This document shows positions 1-12,665 of a DNA stretch of 34,788 nucleotides, one piece after another. The position numbers and the translations under genes were made by a program. Below the pieces are notes generated by a model. It was not told the origin of the DNA. It searched no databases and saw nothing but the letters and a program-made list of their open reading frames with translations. The DNA lies in contig NC_068989.1 of assembly GCF_001194135.2 (NCBI RefSeq), forward strand, positions 49,639,193-49,673,980, written 5' to 3'. Numbering within the stretch: the stretch's first letter is position 1; each line of letters opens with the position of its first letter. Source of the stretch: Octopus bimaculoides. Its lineage: Eukaryota.

Positions 1-412
1 TTGATATCTCTAAGTTAGATGGTTAAACCGTAATCCCTCCACACGGGACTTCTTTTCATACGGGACTATTTGTGACGCACATGGAATAGATTTCTTTGAG
101 GTGAGATGCCTGAACTCACTAGCCGATGAATTCGTAAGTGCCTTTCTTATCGTTGATTTTTGGTGTCGCATGGCCAAAAATTACCGTGAATTTTTTTAGA
201 GACACTTTCAAATTTATCGGAATATTTGGGCTGAAGATTGGAATAGTGAAATTTCCATTCACTTAACCATGAAACGATTCGTATCCAATTAACTAAAGGC
301 TTGGTTTGTTTACGCTTTTCCCTCCGGTTTTTTGTTCTATGTGTGCCATAAATATCGCCATCCGCTTTGTTGTTATATGGACCAGAGGAATCATCATGAT
401 GCTTGGAAACAG
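1..412 (+). promoter_or_regulatory. CpG-rich segment with splice donors; candidate promoter/first exon(s)
   Basis: I count 16 CpG in 1-364 versus about 6 in 413-2280. Donor-like TTC|GTAAGT at 133/134 and CAG|GTGAGG at 412/413. Confidence 0.35.
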
Positions 413-714
413 GTGAGGGTTTTGCAACAGGAAAGACATTCATCCATAGAAAATAGTCCTCAACTAATACTGTCCAACACATGTATGCATGAAAAAGTCG
501 ATATTAAAAAAATGCTGCTGCTGCTGATGATGATGATGGTATACAGCTCTTAAGACTAAAGAGGCTTTCAACTGAAAGGCAGAATTGTAGTGAGGGGGAT
601 GCTGTATGTGAGGTGTTGAAGGATTAATATATATGATGGAATGAACAAACAATAGAAAGTATAGAATAGACATTGATGAATTACAAAAAGCCAAAAACAG
701 TTCAGATGCACCAA

Positions 715-1310
715 AACTCTATCTTTAATTACCACACACAATCCAAGAAACATGGAAGCATTCAGCATTATCCATCAGAGGATACATTTACTGAGCCAAT
801 ACCCAAGAATGAAAAAGGCACTTGAATCATACAAAATATTACATGCGAAAGACAATCAAAAGCCAAAAGAAAACCTACTTAGCAATGTGATATTACCAAC
901 TATGGACTCAAATTCAGCAGTTAAAATGTGTGGCTGATCTAATTGAAGAACATCCTTATTGAGAACACAACTTATACATTTAAATCGAGACATGTTTTTA
1001 CTGTGGAAAACTATATTACTTCTTCAAAAAATTTAATATATACCATCAAGAGCAATGGATATGGGGAAGATTATATTGGACAAACTAAACTCACTTTAAG
1101 AATGAGGTTAACAGTTTATTGTCAACAAATATGAAATACTAGGTCTAGACAAATTCCATTTAGTGAACATCTGGACACATGCATGAAAACCAGATCTCAC
1201 AAATTTCTTGTCTTCTCACCTTATCAACATGCAGACAATACCATAGATCAAACAAGAATAAATAAGGTAAAATTCGTTTGTTAAAAAATGCAAGCCATGA
1301 CTGAATAGGT
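715..1310 (+). mobile_element. Penelope-like retroelement remnant (C-terminal linker and GIY-YIG endonuclease), degenerate
   Basis: Reads ITTHNPRNMEAF...KCG, then NLIYTIKSNGYGEDYIGQTKLTLRMRLTVYCQQI*...RQIPFSEHLDTC. This matches the GIY-YIG motif (IY...YIGQT...R) of Penelope elements. It has in-frame TGA stops and a frameshift. Confidence 0.85.
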
Positions 1311-2451
1311 TATACAAAACATCAGTAATACATGATTTACCTTTTCTTATGAATTAATTATTGTAGAAATATATTATGTATGTTTACTTGTACCTGTTCT
1401 TAAGAAAAACAAAATTCATGTAGCAGCTATCATCTATTTTATTTCTTCCACACCTCATTATCTTGCCCCACACCTTGTTAACAAAGAAGGCATATGTTTT
1501 AATGAGAGTGAACTAGCACTAATTGATAACCTTATTCTTTGACAAAATAATGAACAATAACTATCTGCAACACTTTTATCTCAACAATGATTATATTTCT
1601 AAAAATTTAAGTCAAGTTTCAGACTTTATTACTTTTGACATAAAACGATAGAAAAAATACAGTAAATTAAACATCATTTATTCATATCTCTCTTTTCTAG
1701 CTCTCATATGACATATTTAAAAGAGAAAAACTTTTATGTGATCTTGTGTGATTGTCACATAAGCTTAATACATAAATGTTGACCTGTCAATTTATGTGTC
1801 AATGGCTAACAGAGTGAGCCACATTCTTTCTTTAGAAACAAACAGTTTTTATAACACCTGCCAGATAAATTCTTCACTCCTTAAGCTGATGTTTGTGATA
1901 ATAGACTATAAAATAGTAAATAATGACCCTCATCCTACTGGTAATGCTCTACCACTCCTTACACAATAGTCAACATCTTTCATGGTAAGAATGTACCCTT
2001 CCGATTCTTATTAATCCCCAAATTATTCCTCATGTATGTTTAGAAATAGTTATTTTCATGTATCATATAATGGTGAACATGTTTCTTGCTCTCCAATGTT
2101 TTCTTGTGCTTTTTTCTTTTCAGAAAAAGTTGTCTGTAGGAACACAGTGTGACTTGATAATATGAAAAATCAATTGGAAAATTAATTTTGCATTACAGAA
2201 TTTCATGTTACAGCCAGAATATCTGGAATACATTGCTTCTGCAAAGCAAAGGATTCCTGTATATATATATATATGTATATATATANNNNNNNNNNNNNNN
2301 NNNNNNNNNNNNNNNNNNNNNNNNNNNNNNNNNNNNNNNNNNNNNNNNNNNNNNNNNNNNNNNNNNNNNNNNNNNATGTATATATCTCTGTGTGTGTGTG
2401 CGTGCATGTATGAATGTATACATATATGCATATAATAATATTTTTTTTTGT

Positions 2452-2830
2452 GAAGGCGCAATGGCCCAGTGGTTAGGGCAGCAGACTCGCAGTCATAGGA
2501 TCGCAGTTTTGATTCCCAGACCGGGCGTTGTGAGTGTTTATTGAGCGAAAACACCTAAAGCTCCACGAGGCTCTGCCAGGGGATGGTGGCGAACCCTGCT
2601 GTACTCTATCACCACAATTTTCTCTCACTCTTACTTCCTGTTTCTGTTGTGCCTGTAATTCAAAGGGTCGACCTTGTCACACTGTCTCACGCTGAATATC
2701 CCCGAGAACTATGTTAAGGGTACATGTGTCTGTGGAGTGCTCAGCCACTTGCACGTTAATTTCACGAGCAGGCTGTTCCATTGATCGGATCAACTGGAAC
2801 CCTCGTCATAAGCGACGGAGTGCTAACAAC
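2452..2830 (+). mobile_element. tRNA-derived SINE family C, full length, with TSD
   Basis: A-box TGGCCCAGTGG and B-box-like GTTTTGATTCCC. Near-identical to 9878-10256. AATAATATTT duplicated at 2434-2443 and 2831-2840. Confidence 0.9.
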
Positions 2831-3051
2831 AATAATATTTGATAAACTTACAGCTTATAAGTGATCACTGTGCATTGACTAAGGTAGTCTAATATTGGGG
2901 CATATAAGACCTCAGAAGAAAAAAGTAAGGTTTTCTGTATGTGTGTAACAAATGTGCTACCGTTACAACAATGTACCCCTGGCTTCTTTCTGTCAGATGC
3001 AAGAACTCTAATTTCATAGTGTTGTTTTATAAACAAACATACATGTACCAG

Positions 3052-3125
3052 GGGTATGTTGGTGTAATGGTAGCACGCTTGTGAAAACATAGTGGTGTGG
3101 TTTCAAGTCCCACGTGTACAGAAAA
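3052..3125 (+). other. degenerate tRNA-like head (probably an old SINE)
   Basis: TGGTGTAATGGTAGCACG (A-box, tRNA-Gln-like D arm) and GGTTTCAAGTCCC (B-box). No complete cloverleaf. Confidence 0.3.
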
Positions 3126-3518
3126 CCCTACTTTTTTCCATCGAGGGATTATATGCCACAGTACTAGACTATTTACTTTGGGCAATGCACGGTGATTGCT
3201 TATAAGCTTCAAGTTTATGAAATATTATTATTATTTACAGAATTATTTACAGAATTGTAAAATCAACACCGTTTACCCCCACCCCAACCCAAATATATAT
3301 ATAACAATTAGAAAATGGAGGATAATATGCTGAACCCAACTACTTGCAGACGGTGTATCCCGTCGAATTCATTAATTTAATTCATAGCAAAAGTGACAAA
3401 AAAAGAAAGAAAAAGAAAGAAAGAACCAAAGCACAGGTGTCTATGGCAGACTATGTTATTTTGCCAACATGGTTTACATATAGTGGGTTGGATCCCCAAC
3501 CCCTAACTCTCTCACGTT

Positions 3519-4285
3519 NNNNNNNNNNNNNNNNNNNNNNNNNNNNNNNNNNNNNNNNNNNNNNNNNNNNNNNNNNNNNNNNNNNNNNNNNNNNNNNNNN
3601 NNNNNNNNNNNNNNNNNNNNNNNNNNNNNNNNNNNNNNNNNNNNNNNNNNNNNNNNNNNNNNNNNNNNNNNNNNNNNNNNNNNNNNNNNNNNNNNNNNNN
3701 NNNNNNNNNNNNNNNNNNNNNNNNNNNNNNNNNNNNNNNNNNNNNNNNNNNNNNNNNNNNNNNNNNNNNNNNNNNNNNNNNNNNNNNNNNNNNNNNNNNN
3801 NNNNNNNNNNNNNNNNNNNNNNNNNNNNNNNNNNNNNNNNNNNNNNNNNNNNNNNNNNNNNNNNNNNNNNNNNNNNNNNNNNNNNNNNNNNNNNNNNNNN
3901 NNNNNNNNNNNNNNNNNNNNNNNNNNNNNNNNNNNNNNNNNNNNNNNNNNNNNNNNNNNNNNNNNNNNNNNNNNNNNNNNNNNNNNNNNNNNNNNNNNNN
4001 NNNNNNNNNNNNNNNNNNNNNNNNNNNNNNNNNNNNNNNNNNNNNNNNNNNNNNNNNNNNNNNNNNNNNNNNNNNNNNNNNNNNNNNNNNNNNNNNNNNN
4101 NNNNNNNNNNNNNNNNNNNNNNNNNNNNNNNNNNNNNNNNNNNNNNNNNNNNNNNNNNNNNNNNNNNNNNNNNNNNNNNNNNNNNNNNNNNNNNNNNNNN
4201 NNNNNNNNNNNNNNNNNNNNNNNNNNNNNNNNNNNNNNNNNNNNNNNNNNNNNNNNNNNNNNNNNNNNNNNNNNNNNNNNNNNNN
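3519..4285. other. assembly gap (other gaps at 2286, 5105, 14586, 15966, 23565, 24104, 25412, 27430)
   Basis: N runs, mostly bordered by (AT)n. Confidence 1.
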
Positions 4286-4336
<51 letters not shown>

Positions 4337-4789
4337 AAAATTAGAATTCAGTCTTCATGCATGTATGCATATGCATGCATATGTGTGAATGTGAATTGTT
4401 TGCAGATAAGTATTATTTCTAAACAAACCTATTGATGTAAACTGAGCTTAAGATACATACATTCCTGAATCAATATTTGAAGTTGATTAAAAGTATGAGA
4501 GAAAATATCAACTGCTGGAAACAATTAACTATTTTCTGAAAACTGCCCAATATAAAATTTATCTTTATTAACATTCCTACATTCCTATATTCCACTGAAT
4601 GAGACTTATTCGATATTCTTAAGCTATTTTTAATTTTAATTAATAAACTAAAAACCTGAGCAAAATTAATTTTTTGTTTTTATTTACTTTGTTGAAAAAT
4701 GGCATTAAAACAAACATCAACAATAACAACAACAACAGACATCACACAGCAATAACAATTACTTGAACAAGAGGATGATATTAAGAAAT

Positions 4790-4859
4790 ATATATGCATA
4801 TGTTTGCACATACATACATACATACATACATACATGCATACATACATACATACACACAC

Positions 4860-4908
<49 letters not shown>

Positions 4909-5114
4909 TACATAAATACACATACATAGCATAGATGTGTGTGTATATATGTAGATAAATATATATGCATATATAATATATATGCATATATAATATATAT
5001 ATATATATGCATATATGTATGTGTATAAATATATGCATATACATATACATACTAACACACACACATACACACATATATATATTTATATATATATATATAT
5101 ATATNNNNNNNNNN

Positions 5115-5159
<45 letters not shown>

Positions 5160-5261
5160 GCGGAGACACATATACATACAGATATACTTATATACATATA
5201 TATATATATATGTGCAGAGACAGACATACATATATACATACATATGTACATAGATACATAC

Positions 5262-5292
<31 letters not shown>
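4790..5292. repeat. compound (AT)n/(ACAT)n/(CA)n microsatellite
   Basis: Directly visible. Confidence 0.95.
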
Positions 5293-5954
5293 AAACAGTC
5301 AGTAAACATACTTCAACTCTTTACCATGCCAAGCTACCCCTACCACATGCTACACCGCACCTCAAAAAATTACGCCACATCATATCACACTACTCCATGC
5401 TATTACTATCCCCCCTACAGCATGTCTTAATTGAAATTTTAATGTCTTATTTTCTAAATATTAATTTGTGTGACGTTGTAGACTTTCAATATTTAACACG
5501 GAAAGCAAACAAATTCAGCACTGTAAAGATTTTTAACAAGTATAGTTTAATTAATCAGTTTGGGAATGATTATCATGATCATTATCCAAGTTGTTGTTGT
5601 TCTTACTGTTGTTATTGTTGATGTTGTTTTTAGGTTGTTGTTTTGTCATTATCTAATATGCAAAGACAATGTAATAAATGCTAGCACTGCTTTAGGTGAT
5701 AGTTGCATTTAAAATGGCGATTCGAGAATAAATTGAAAATAAAATACAATTAAAATATAAATGAAGCATTAAATATTTGAGCATCTGAGATGCACAGGAC
5801 ATAATGTTAATGTTAGATTCCTGACCATTTAGTTGCCAGTTCAAACTTTACTTCAGACTTTGTCCTGTGCCCTTGGGCTAAGTGATTCTGACTCAGTTTC
5901 TTTATCTGCTTGTCTTATAATTTTTTCACTTTTATTTCGTGCTTCACATTAGGT

Positions 5955-6300
5955 GTCAGTGTGACCATGTGGTGAGAAGTTTGCTGCCCAACCACATAGT
6001 TCTGTTTTCTGTCCCACTGTGAAGTACCTTGGGCAAGTGTCTTTTACTATAGCTCTGGGCCAATCAAAGTTTTGTGACTGGATTTGGTAGGTGTAAACTG
6101 AAAAGTTTGGTAGGTGGAAACTGAAAGAAGCTTTTGTATATATAAGTATTTATCTATGTGTGCAAGTCTTTGTGCTTTTGTTTCTCTCCTACCACCACTT
6201 ATTAACTGGTGTTGGTTTGTTTATGGCCCATAACTTAGTGGTTTGGCAGAAAAGAGCAATAAAATAAGTGCTAAGCCTAAAAATAAACACTGGGGCCAAA
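5955..6300 (+). mobile_element. tRNA-derived SINE family A, diverged
   Basis: Shares ...CCCAACCACA...ACCTTGGGCAAGTGTCTT..ACTATAGC...GGATTTGGTAG...AACTGAAAGAAGC with copies at 7885, 9131, 16215 and 33085. Confidence 0.75.
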
Positions 6301-6469
6301 TTAAGTAGTTGTATGCTGTCAACTTAATGTGACAAATACAAGTAAAAGAATGAGCAATTATGAAGGACATGTGGATGAATAAAGTTCACTTGATGTCGAT
6401 AATTATACAGCTGATAATAATGAAGAGGGTGATGATACCAAGTGAAAATACAGGGCAAAGTGTTTAGGG

Positions 6470-6630
6470 TGTAGGTCTAATGAGTGTGGTTTCAATTCTT
6501 GGACCAGATAATAGATTGTGTACTTGAGCAAGGCAATGTTTCATGATGCTCCAGTCTACTCAGTTGAAAATATGTACCACCAGCAGCTAGAGAGTTATCT
6601 CTATATTAGGCTGGCATCCTGTTTAGTAGG
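6470..6630 (+). mobile_element. degenerate SINE family D
   Basis: GGTTTCAATTCTTGG then CTTGAGCAAGGCA...GCTCCAGTCTACTCAG...CTGGCATCC. Similar to the minus-strand copy at 18487-18736. Confidence 0.45.
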
Positions 6631-7594
6631 GTGTCTTATATTATGAGTTGGTACCCCATAAAAACATGGATGAGGTATGGTTTAATGAGCCTGTAGATAT
6701 GAGGCAGATTTTAATTGATGATAATGATTATAGAGTTGATGTTAATGAGGATTGTAATCATGAAAATCATGATAGTACACACATGCACACACACACGCAC
6801 ACACACATGTATGTATGTATTATTATTTTTCTGTATTTCTTTCTTTCATTCATGCTTGCTTGCTCACTTTCCTTTTTCTTACATGCTTACATACACATAT
6901 GCACGTACACACACATACACACATGCACACACACACACACACACACACACGCAGATTCAGTATAACAAAAGAACATTCTCTTTTCCATTTTGCTCCAAAT
7001 TTTTTTTCAACTAACTCATATACACATATAAAAGGTATAAGTTTTCTGTAAATACATCATTTCTGATGGTTCTATGAAACTAGATGAAAGCATTAAATGA
7101 ATAATCATTCAAAATTCTGATGATCTCCTTCTTATTATATAAAATCTGTACACACACACACACATGCACATACACTTGTGCTCGTGCACACACACACACA
7201 CACACACACAGAGTAGCTGCTTTCTTGAATACAAGCAAAGCCATTGCTAGAAAGAACCATTGAAATGAGTCATTGATGATGCAATGTGAGACCCTTGCAT
7301 GAATCTTGAGCCCAACCAAAGACTTGCACAATGCACAACTGTGCTGGCTGGCACAGGGAACAGGTGCCACGGTATGAATTTTTTTGAGATGCCTTTTTCA
7401 ATCCTCCAACTCAAAGACATACCTTTCCACAGGTTATACATGTTCTGTTATGAACAATTGCCCTATCACAATTTACAAGTTATTCTTTCCATGTATATAT
7501 ATTATAAAGCAAATATTCAGTATGTCAATCTATGTGGGGTTCTTGACCTTTGTAGAGAGTCATAAAAATATATTAGAAAATAATATAGTGTACA

Positions 7595-7868
7595 AGTATG
7601 GCTATGTGGTTAAAAACTTAGCTTTCAACGACATGGTTCCAGCTCAGTCCCACAATATGGTACCTTGAGCAAGCTTAACAATATTTCGTCTGCTGCTATG
7701 TTCTGAGTTCAAATTCCGCTGAGGTCGACTTTGCCTTTTATCCTTTCAGGGTCGATTAAATAAATACCAGTTATGCACTGGAGTCGATATAATCAACTTA
7801 ATCCGTTTGTCTGTCCTTGTTTGTCCCCTCTGTGTGTAGCCCCTTGTGGGCAGTAAAGAAATAAGAAA
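7595..7868 (+). mobile_element. SINE A head fused to 5'-truncated SINE B body
   Basis: A-type head to ...ACCTTGAGCAAG (~7672), then B-type TTCTGAGTTCAAATTCCGCTGAGGTCGACTTTGCC...GGGCAGTAAAGAAATAAGAA. Confidence 0.75.
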
Positions 7869-7884
7869 CTGAAAAATAATGAAC

Positions 7885-8037
7885 ATAGCTGTGTGGTAAG
7901 AAACTTGCCTCCCAACCACATGGTTCCAAGTTTGGTCTCACTGTGTCGTACCTTGGGCAAGTGTCTTCTACTATAGCCCCAGGCCAACCAAAGCCTTGTG
8001 AGTGAATTTGGTAGATGGAAACTGAAAGAAGTCTTTC

Positions 8038-8080
<43 letters not shown>

Positions 8081-8245
8081 TGTTTCTTCCTGGGTTTTTC
8101 TCCCTATACTGATGTGTCTATGTACCCACAATTTAGTGGTTCGGCAAAAAAAACCCAATAAAATAAGTACCAGGTTTTAAAAAATAAATACTGAGGTTGA
8201 TACATTTAACTAAAAATTCTTCAATGACTGAAACAGGTAAAAGAA
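7885..8245 (+). mobile_element. SINE family A with internal (TG)n
   Basis: Head TAGCTGTGTGGTAAGAA, conserved core, tail AATGACTGAAACAGGTAAAAG. Confidence 0.85.
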
Positions 8246-8317
8246 AAAAAAAATATTTTGATGAGGAAATATGAATTCACTCACACAAACTCACATATGG
8301 ACACAACCACACACATA

Positions 8318-8363
<46 letters not shown>

Positions 8364-8489
8364 TGTGTATCTTTAGCTTGACGTTATGTTTGTGTATCTT
8401 TAGCTTGACGTTATGTTGTTCACTTTTGATTTTCTGTAAAAAAATGTCAAGTCATTGGGAAATACTATTATCTTGCTCAGAAGGAGGTG

Positions 8490-8590
8490 GGGATTGGTGA
8501 CAGGAAGAGCATCCAGCTGTATAAAATATGCTTCAATAAATTCAGTCTGATCCATGCAAATGGAAAAGTGGAAGTTAAAATGAGAATAAT
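8490..8590 (+). mobile_element. RTE 3'-tail-related fragment
   Basis: ACAGGAAGAGCATCCAGCTGTA...CCATGCAAATGGAAAAGTGGAAGTTAAA matches the tail motif seen at 10385, 19140 and 29735. Confidence 0.55.
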
Positions 8591-9130
8591 AATTCTCATA
8601 TAATGTTCTCATTATTAAAGAATTTTTTTGCTTTGAATTACAAGGAACTATTACAAAATTTTTGAGTAGATTATGGAAGTGTGTGTCACATTTGTGAGTC
8701 ATAATATTGCATGCATCTTTATCCTAAGACTATTCTTGACCATTTTCATATAAATCCACTTGAGACCATTTCTGGTTCTATTGTTCAAAACCTGTCAGTT
8801 TTAAAATGTTTGTATTTAAATCAAAAGCTCTCATTATAATTTTGTGTGAAATTCTTTTGTTGTGTTCCAGTCACCAGATTAATAACAAAAAAGTTAGTTA
8901 TTTTAACTAACTACTTCAGGTTCTTAATTATTTTTAAAATTAATTGAAATGTTTCATATAGTTTCTGTCAGTAGATTGGAAGATCTCAGTCACATAACAA
9001 TGAATCAAATACAATTGTAAACAAGGAAAACATCTTTTCAAAGTATACACCCTCCTGCATTGTAATCCCCTTGGGTAAATGGCTTCTTACAATAGCTCCA
9101 GGCTGACTAAAGCCTTGTGTGTAGAATTGA

Positions 9131-9314
9131 GTAAGCGCAGGCATTGTTTGTATAGTAAGAAGCTTGCTTCCCAACCACATGGTTCCAGATTCAGTTCCAT
9201 TGTGCTCCACCTTGAGCAAATGTCTTCTATTATAGCTTTGGGTCAAGCAAAGCCTTTGGAGTAGATTTGACAGACATAAACTGAAAGAAGCCCCTTGTCT
9301 ATATATATATGTGT

Positions 9315-9412
<98 letters not shown>

Positions 9413-9615
9413 TGTGTGTGTGTAATGTGCTTGTATGTCTTTGTGTCTGTGTTTGTCCTCCACCACTGTTTGACAACTTAACAGCTCAGCAAAAGAGATT
9501 GAGAGAATAAGTACTAGGCATAAAAAAAAGCCCTGGGGTCTATTTATTCACTAAAACCCTTCAAGGACTTTCCCCAGTATGGCCTCAGTTGAATGACTGG
9601 GAAGTAAAAGATAAA
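9131..9615 (+). mobile_element. SINE family A with expanded (TG)n
   Basis: Same core and tail as 7885-8245. Confidence 0.85.
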
Positions 9616-9877
9616 AGATATATATATATTTACGCTTGTCGTAATTTGAATTTAATATATATATGTATATATATATATATATATATACAAATGTGTGTGT
9701 GTGTGTGTGCGTAACTGAGTTTGGGTGACTGAATTCATAATTCCTCATCTACATATGTTCATCCTCTAGTTGAAAACAATGACATTGTTAAGAGTGTCAC
9801 TTGCTTCTTGTCCACCAAGAAAGCACATCCAGGTCTTTTAACATGTGTTGATATGTTGCTCGATCTTTGTAACACAG

Positions 9878-10256
9878 TGGAGGTGCAATGGCCCAGTGGT
9901 TAGGGCAGCGGACTCGCGGTCGTAGGATCATGGTTTCGATTCCCAGACTGGGCGTTGTGAGTGTTTATTGAGCGAAAACTCCTAAAGTTCCACAAGGCTC
10001 TGGCAGGGGATGGTGGTGAACCTTGCTGTACTCTTTCACCACAACTTTCTCTCATTCTTTCTTCCTGTTTCTGTTGTGCCTGTAATTCAAAGGGTCAGCC
10101 TTGTCACACTGTGTCTCGCTGAATATCCCCGAGAACTACGTTAAGGGTACACGTGTCTGTGGAGTGCTCAGCCACTTGCACGTTAATTTCATGAGCAGGC
10201 TGTTCTGTTGATCAGATCAACTGGAACCCTCGTTGTTGTAACCGGCAGAGTGCCAA
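9878..10256 (+). mobile_element. SINE family C, full length, with 11-bp TSD
   Basis: A-box TGGCCCAGTGG and B-box GGTTTCGATTCCC. CTTTGTAACAC duplicated at 9865-9875 and 10257-10267. Confidence 0.92.
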
Positions 10257-10384
10257 CTTTGTAACACGAAAAGGCTTATTCATTCAGTAACACTTGTTTC
10301 TTGTTTTCCATGTAAATATGTCTGGGCTATTTGTTAGTTTGGTTGGTAGACTGGAGAATTATTTGCTCACTTGAGAACATGTGT

Positions 10385-10515
10385 AGGTTGGTCACAGGAA
10401 AGGCCTCCAGCTATATAGAAAACTTGGCCTCAAAATATTCCTGCCTGATACATGCCTGTATAGAAAAGATATTAAAACAATGATGATGATGATGATATGA
10501 TGTTGATAATAATGG

Positions 10516-10566
<51 letters not shown>

Positions 10567-10580
10567 GATGATGCTGATCT
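10385..10580 (+). repeat. RTE-tail fragment followed by (GAT)n
   Basis: CACAGGAAAGGCCTCCAGCT...GAAAAGATATTAAAAC runs directly into ATGATGATG. Confidence 0.6.
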
Positions 10581-12428
10581 TTAAATATATATGCCTTTTA
10601 TTTAGATAAGAAAAGTGCCTCTAAAAGTATGCACCCATTTTTAAAGTAAATAATACTATTATTGTATATAATGAAAGTATCTTCAAAATTATACATCCCA
10701 TTTTAATTGTAAATAAGGAACACATTTATAAAAATACACACTCTGTTTTATAGGTGACCAATTAAGATCAACTAATATGCAATTTGTCTTTTGTCTGAAT
10801 GAGCTCTTAGTGACTATGAAATTTTAGTCATTTTGAAGATTTTATAGCTTCATATATTTCTTGGTATGAATTCCAAGAAAAAAGGATTAGAGAGAATTTT
10901 CCAGCTTTGGAAACCATGATGGAATTGATAAGAATTTTTTCTGGTCAATAATAATGAATTCCTTACTGTTTCTTATTCTATGCTGAGCAGAATAGGAGTG
11001 ACTGTTAATTAGTTAAGATGTTGATTGAGTGCTGACATACTTCATGTAGTGAGCAAGAACATTTCAATTAATTAAAATTAATTTTGTAATGAAGTGAAGG
11101 AAACATATGTTGAATGACTCATTTTAATTAAATCTGGCCAAGTAAAAGGAGTGAGAACTTTTAGTTAATTAAAATTTGAATTACTTAAAATTTTAATTGA
11201 TAAATTTTAAATTAAATAAAATTTCAATTTTAATTTCATTATGATTTATCAAAATTTGAATTACATGTGTGATGGAAACATGGAAAACGTAATTTTTGAA
11301 TGAATATTACATTAATCTGACCATTGAAAAACATGGTAGCAATTTTGAACATGCTTCAATCTTGTTAAACTTCTTTAGCGAAGTATATCCTTTCCCACTG
11401 CATGTCAGATCTTGTGACTGAACACCACTCCATAGAAGTGCATGAAATATCCATTATTTGGCATGGTATCATAGTATAATGATCGAGGGGAGAAATTTCC
11501 TGAGTGATTTGCAGTATTATTTTTCCCTCTTAAAGAATAATCACATGCTGATGCTTTCAGGATCAAAAGCTTCAATCATGAAGTGGACATGTTAGTTAAG
11601 AGGTAAAAGTGTGGTATCTTGTCTTGCAGTCTTTAATTTGTGGCAATGATCATTCAGCATTTGTTGATAATGATTTTGTTTAGCCTCAAGTCAACCATTA
11701 TTGAGTAGACTTTTGATTGAAGATATTCTCACCATGACAATCCAGTCAGTTTCCATAGAATTATATTATAATATCCTTTTCTATCACAATTTGTTTTAAA
11801 AAATGCCAGGGTGTGATTCGAGGGAGATTTCTATGCTATGTCTAGCAGATAAAACTATTACATTGAAGTTTGATTGTAAATGGTAAATAAATGTCTTATG
11901 TTGGATGAATGAGACAAAATTTGAAAGTAAGCCACAAGTCAGAGCCTGATCATTTTCTGTATTATATTGTTATGATCTCTGATTCCATGTTGATTAATTA
12001 AAACCATTTGAAGAGATAGTACAAATTGTCCAAATCTATCTCATGATCCAGTATGGCAAATGGAAGAAATAAGCCAAGAAGTAGGAGATATGAATGAACA
12101 TCTTCATGGGCATTACTTTGGATATTGTTGTTAAGTCTGAGAATCAAAATCTCAAGGGTGCATTCACTTTTGTACTCTGAAAAATTCTAAGAATGCACAT
12201 TGTGTGTGAGATGTTCATCAAGACAATGATTTACACATTTTCTGGAAGAACAGCTAAATAAGAAATAAGCTTTCTTGCAAATATTTCATTTTGAAATGAT
12301 ACAAATCTTTGAATAATTAAAACTGATTGCACAAACACCATAAATACAGGACTGGCACAAAACTCCCCTTAATCCCACACATCTGTGAATATCACAATTC
12401 TTCTCCAAGACATTAATGTCAATGACAT

Positions 12429-12665
12429 TTAACCCTTTAGCATTTAGTATTTAAACTGGCCATACCTGGCCCAAATATTCTACCAGTTTTATGTTCAAAC
12501 TATCAAAATCTAGCCTCTTACACCTACTCTACAATATCATTGTAAAGATATACAATCAGATCATCAAAATCTCGAAGCTATGAGATAATGCATGATTAAT
12601 TCAAAATGAAGTGGAAAAAAAAACCCATTACATATAACAGAATAATCTGAATGCTAAAGGGTTAA
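12429..12665 (-). mobile_element. piggyBac-type MITE
   Basis: TTAA-CCCTTTAGCATT ... AATGCTAAAGGG-TTAA termini. Internal sequence is the reverse complement of 13540-13767. Confidence 0.85.

Noticed and set aside
147-482. 111-aa minus-strand ORF
   Set aside because: No recognisable motif, and the splice signals favour the + strand. Not fully excluded.
1790-1890. Hammerhead ribozyme near the Penelope relic
   Set aside because: Only a small TGGCT/AGCCA hairpin; the catalytic core is absent.
1836-1984. Apparent exon (TTTAG acceptor, ATG|GTAAGA donor)
   Set aside because: Stops in all full-length frames, splicing to 2124 creates TGA, and it may belong to the Penelope 3' region. It could still be a non-coding exon.
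3344-4435. Long ORFs of 270-450 aa (also 23422-24243 and 27082-28437)
   Set aside because: Open only because they run through N gaps and (AT)n tracts.
7247-7565. Overlapping short ORFs in unique-looking DNA
   Set aside because: No consistent splice pair or recognisable homology.
9878-9955. tRNA gene
   Set aside because: The tRNA-like head continues into a 300-bp body with a TSD and a second copy at 2452, so it is a SINE.
11064-11325. Weak AT-rich direct similarity
   Set aside because: Too low-complexity to distinguish from chance.
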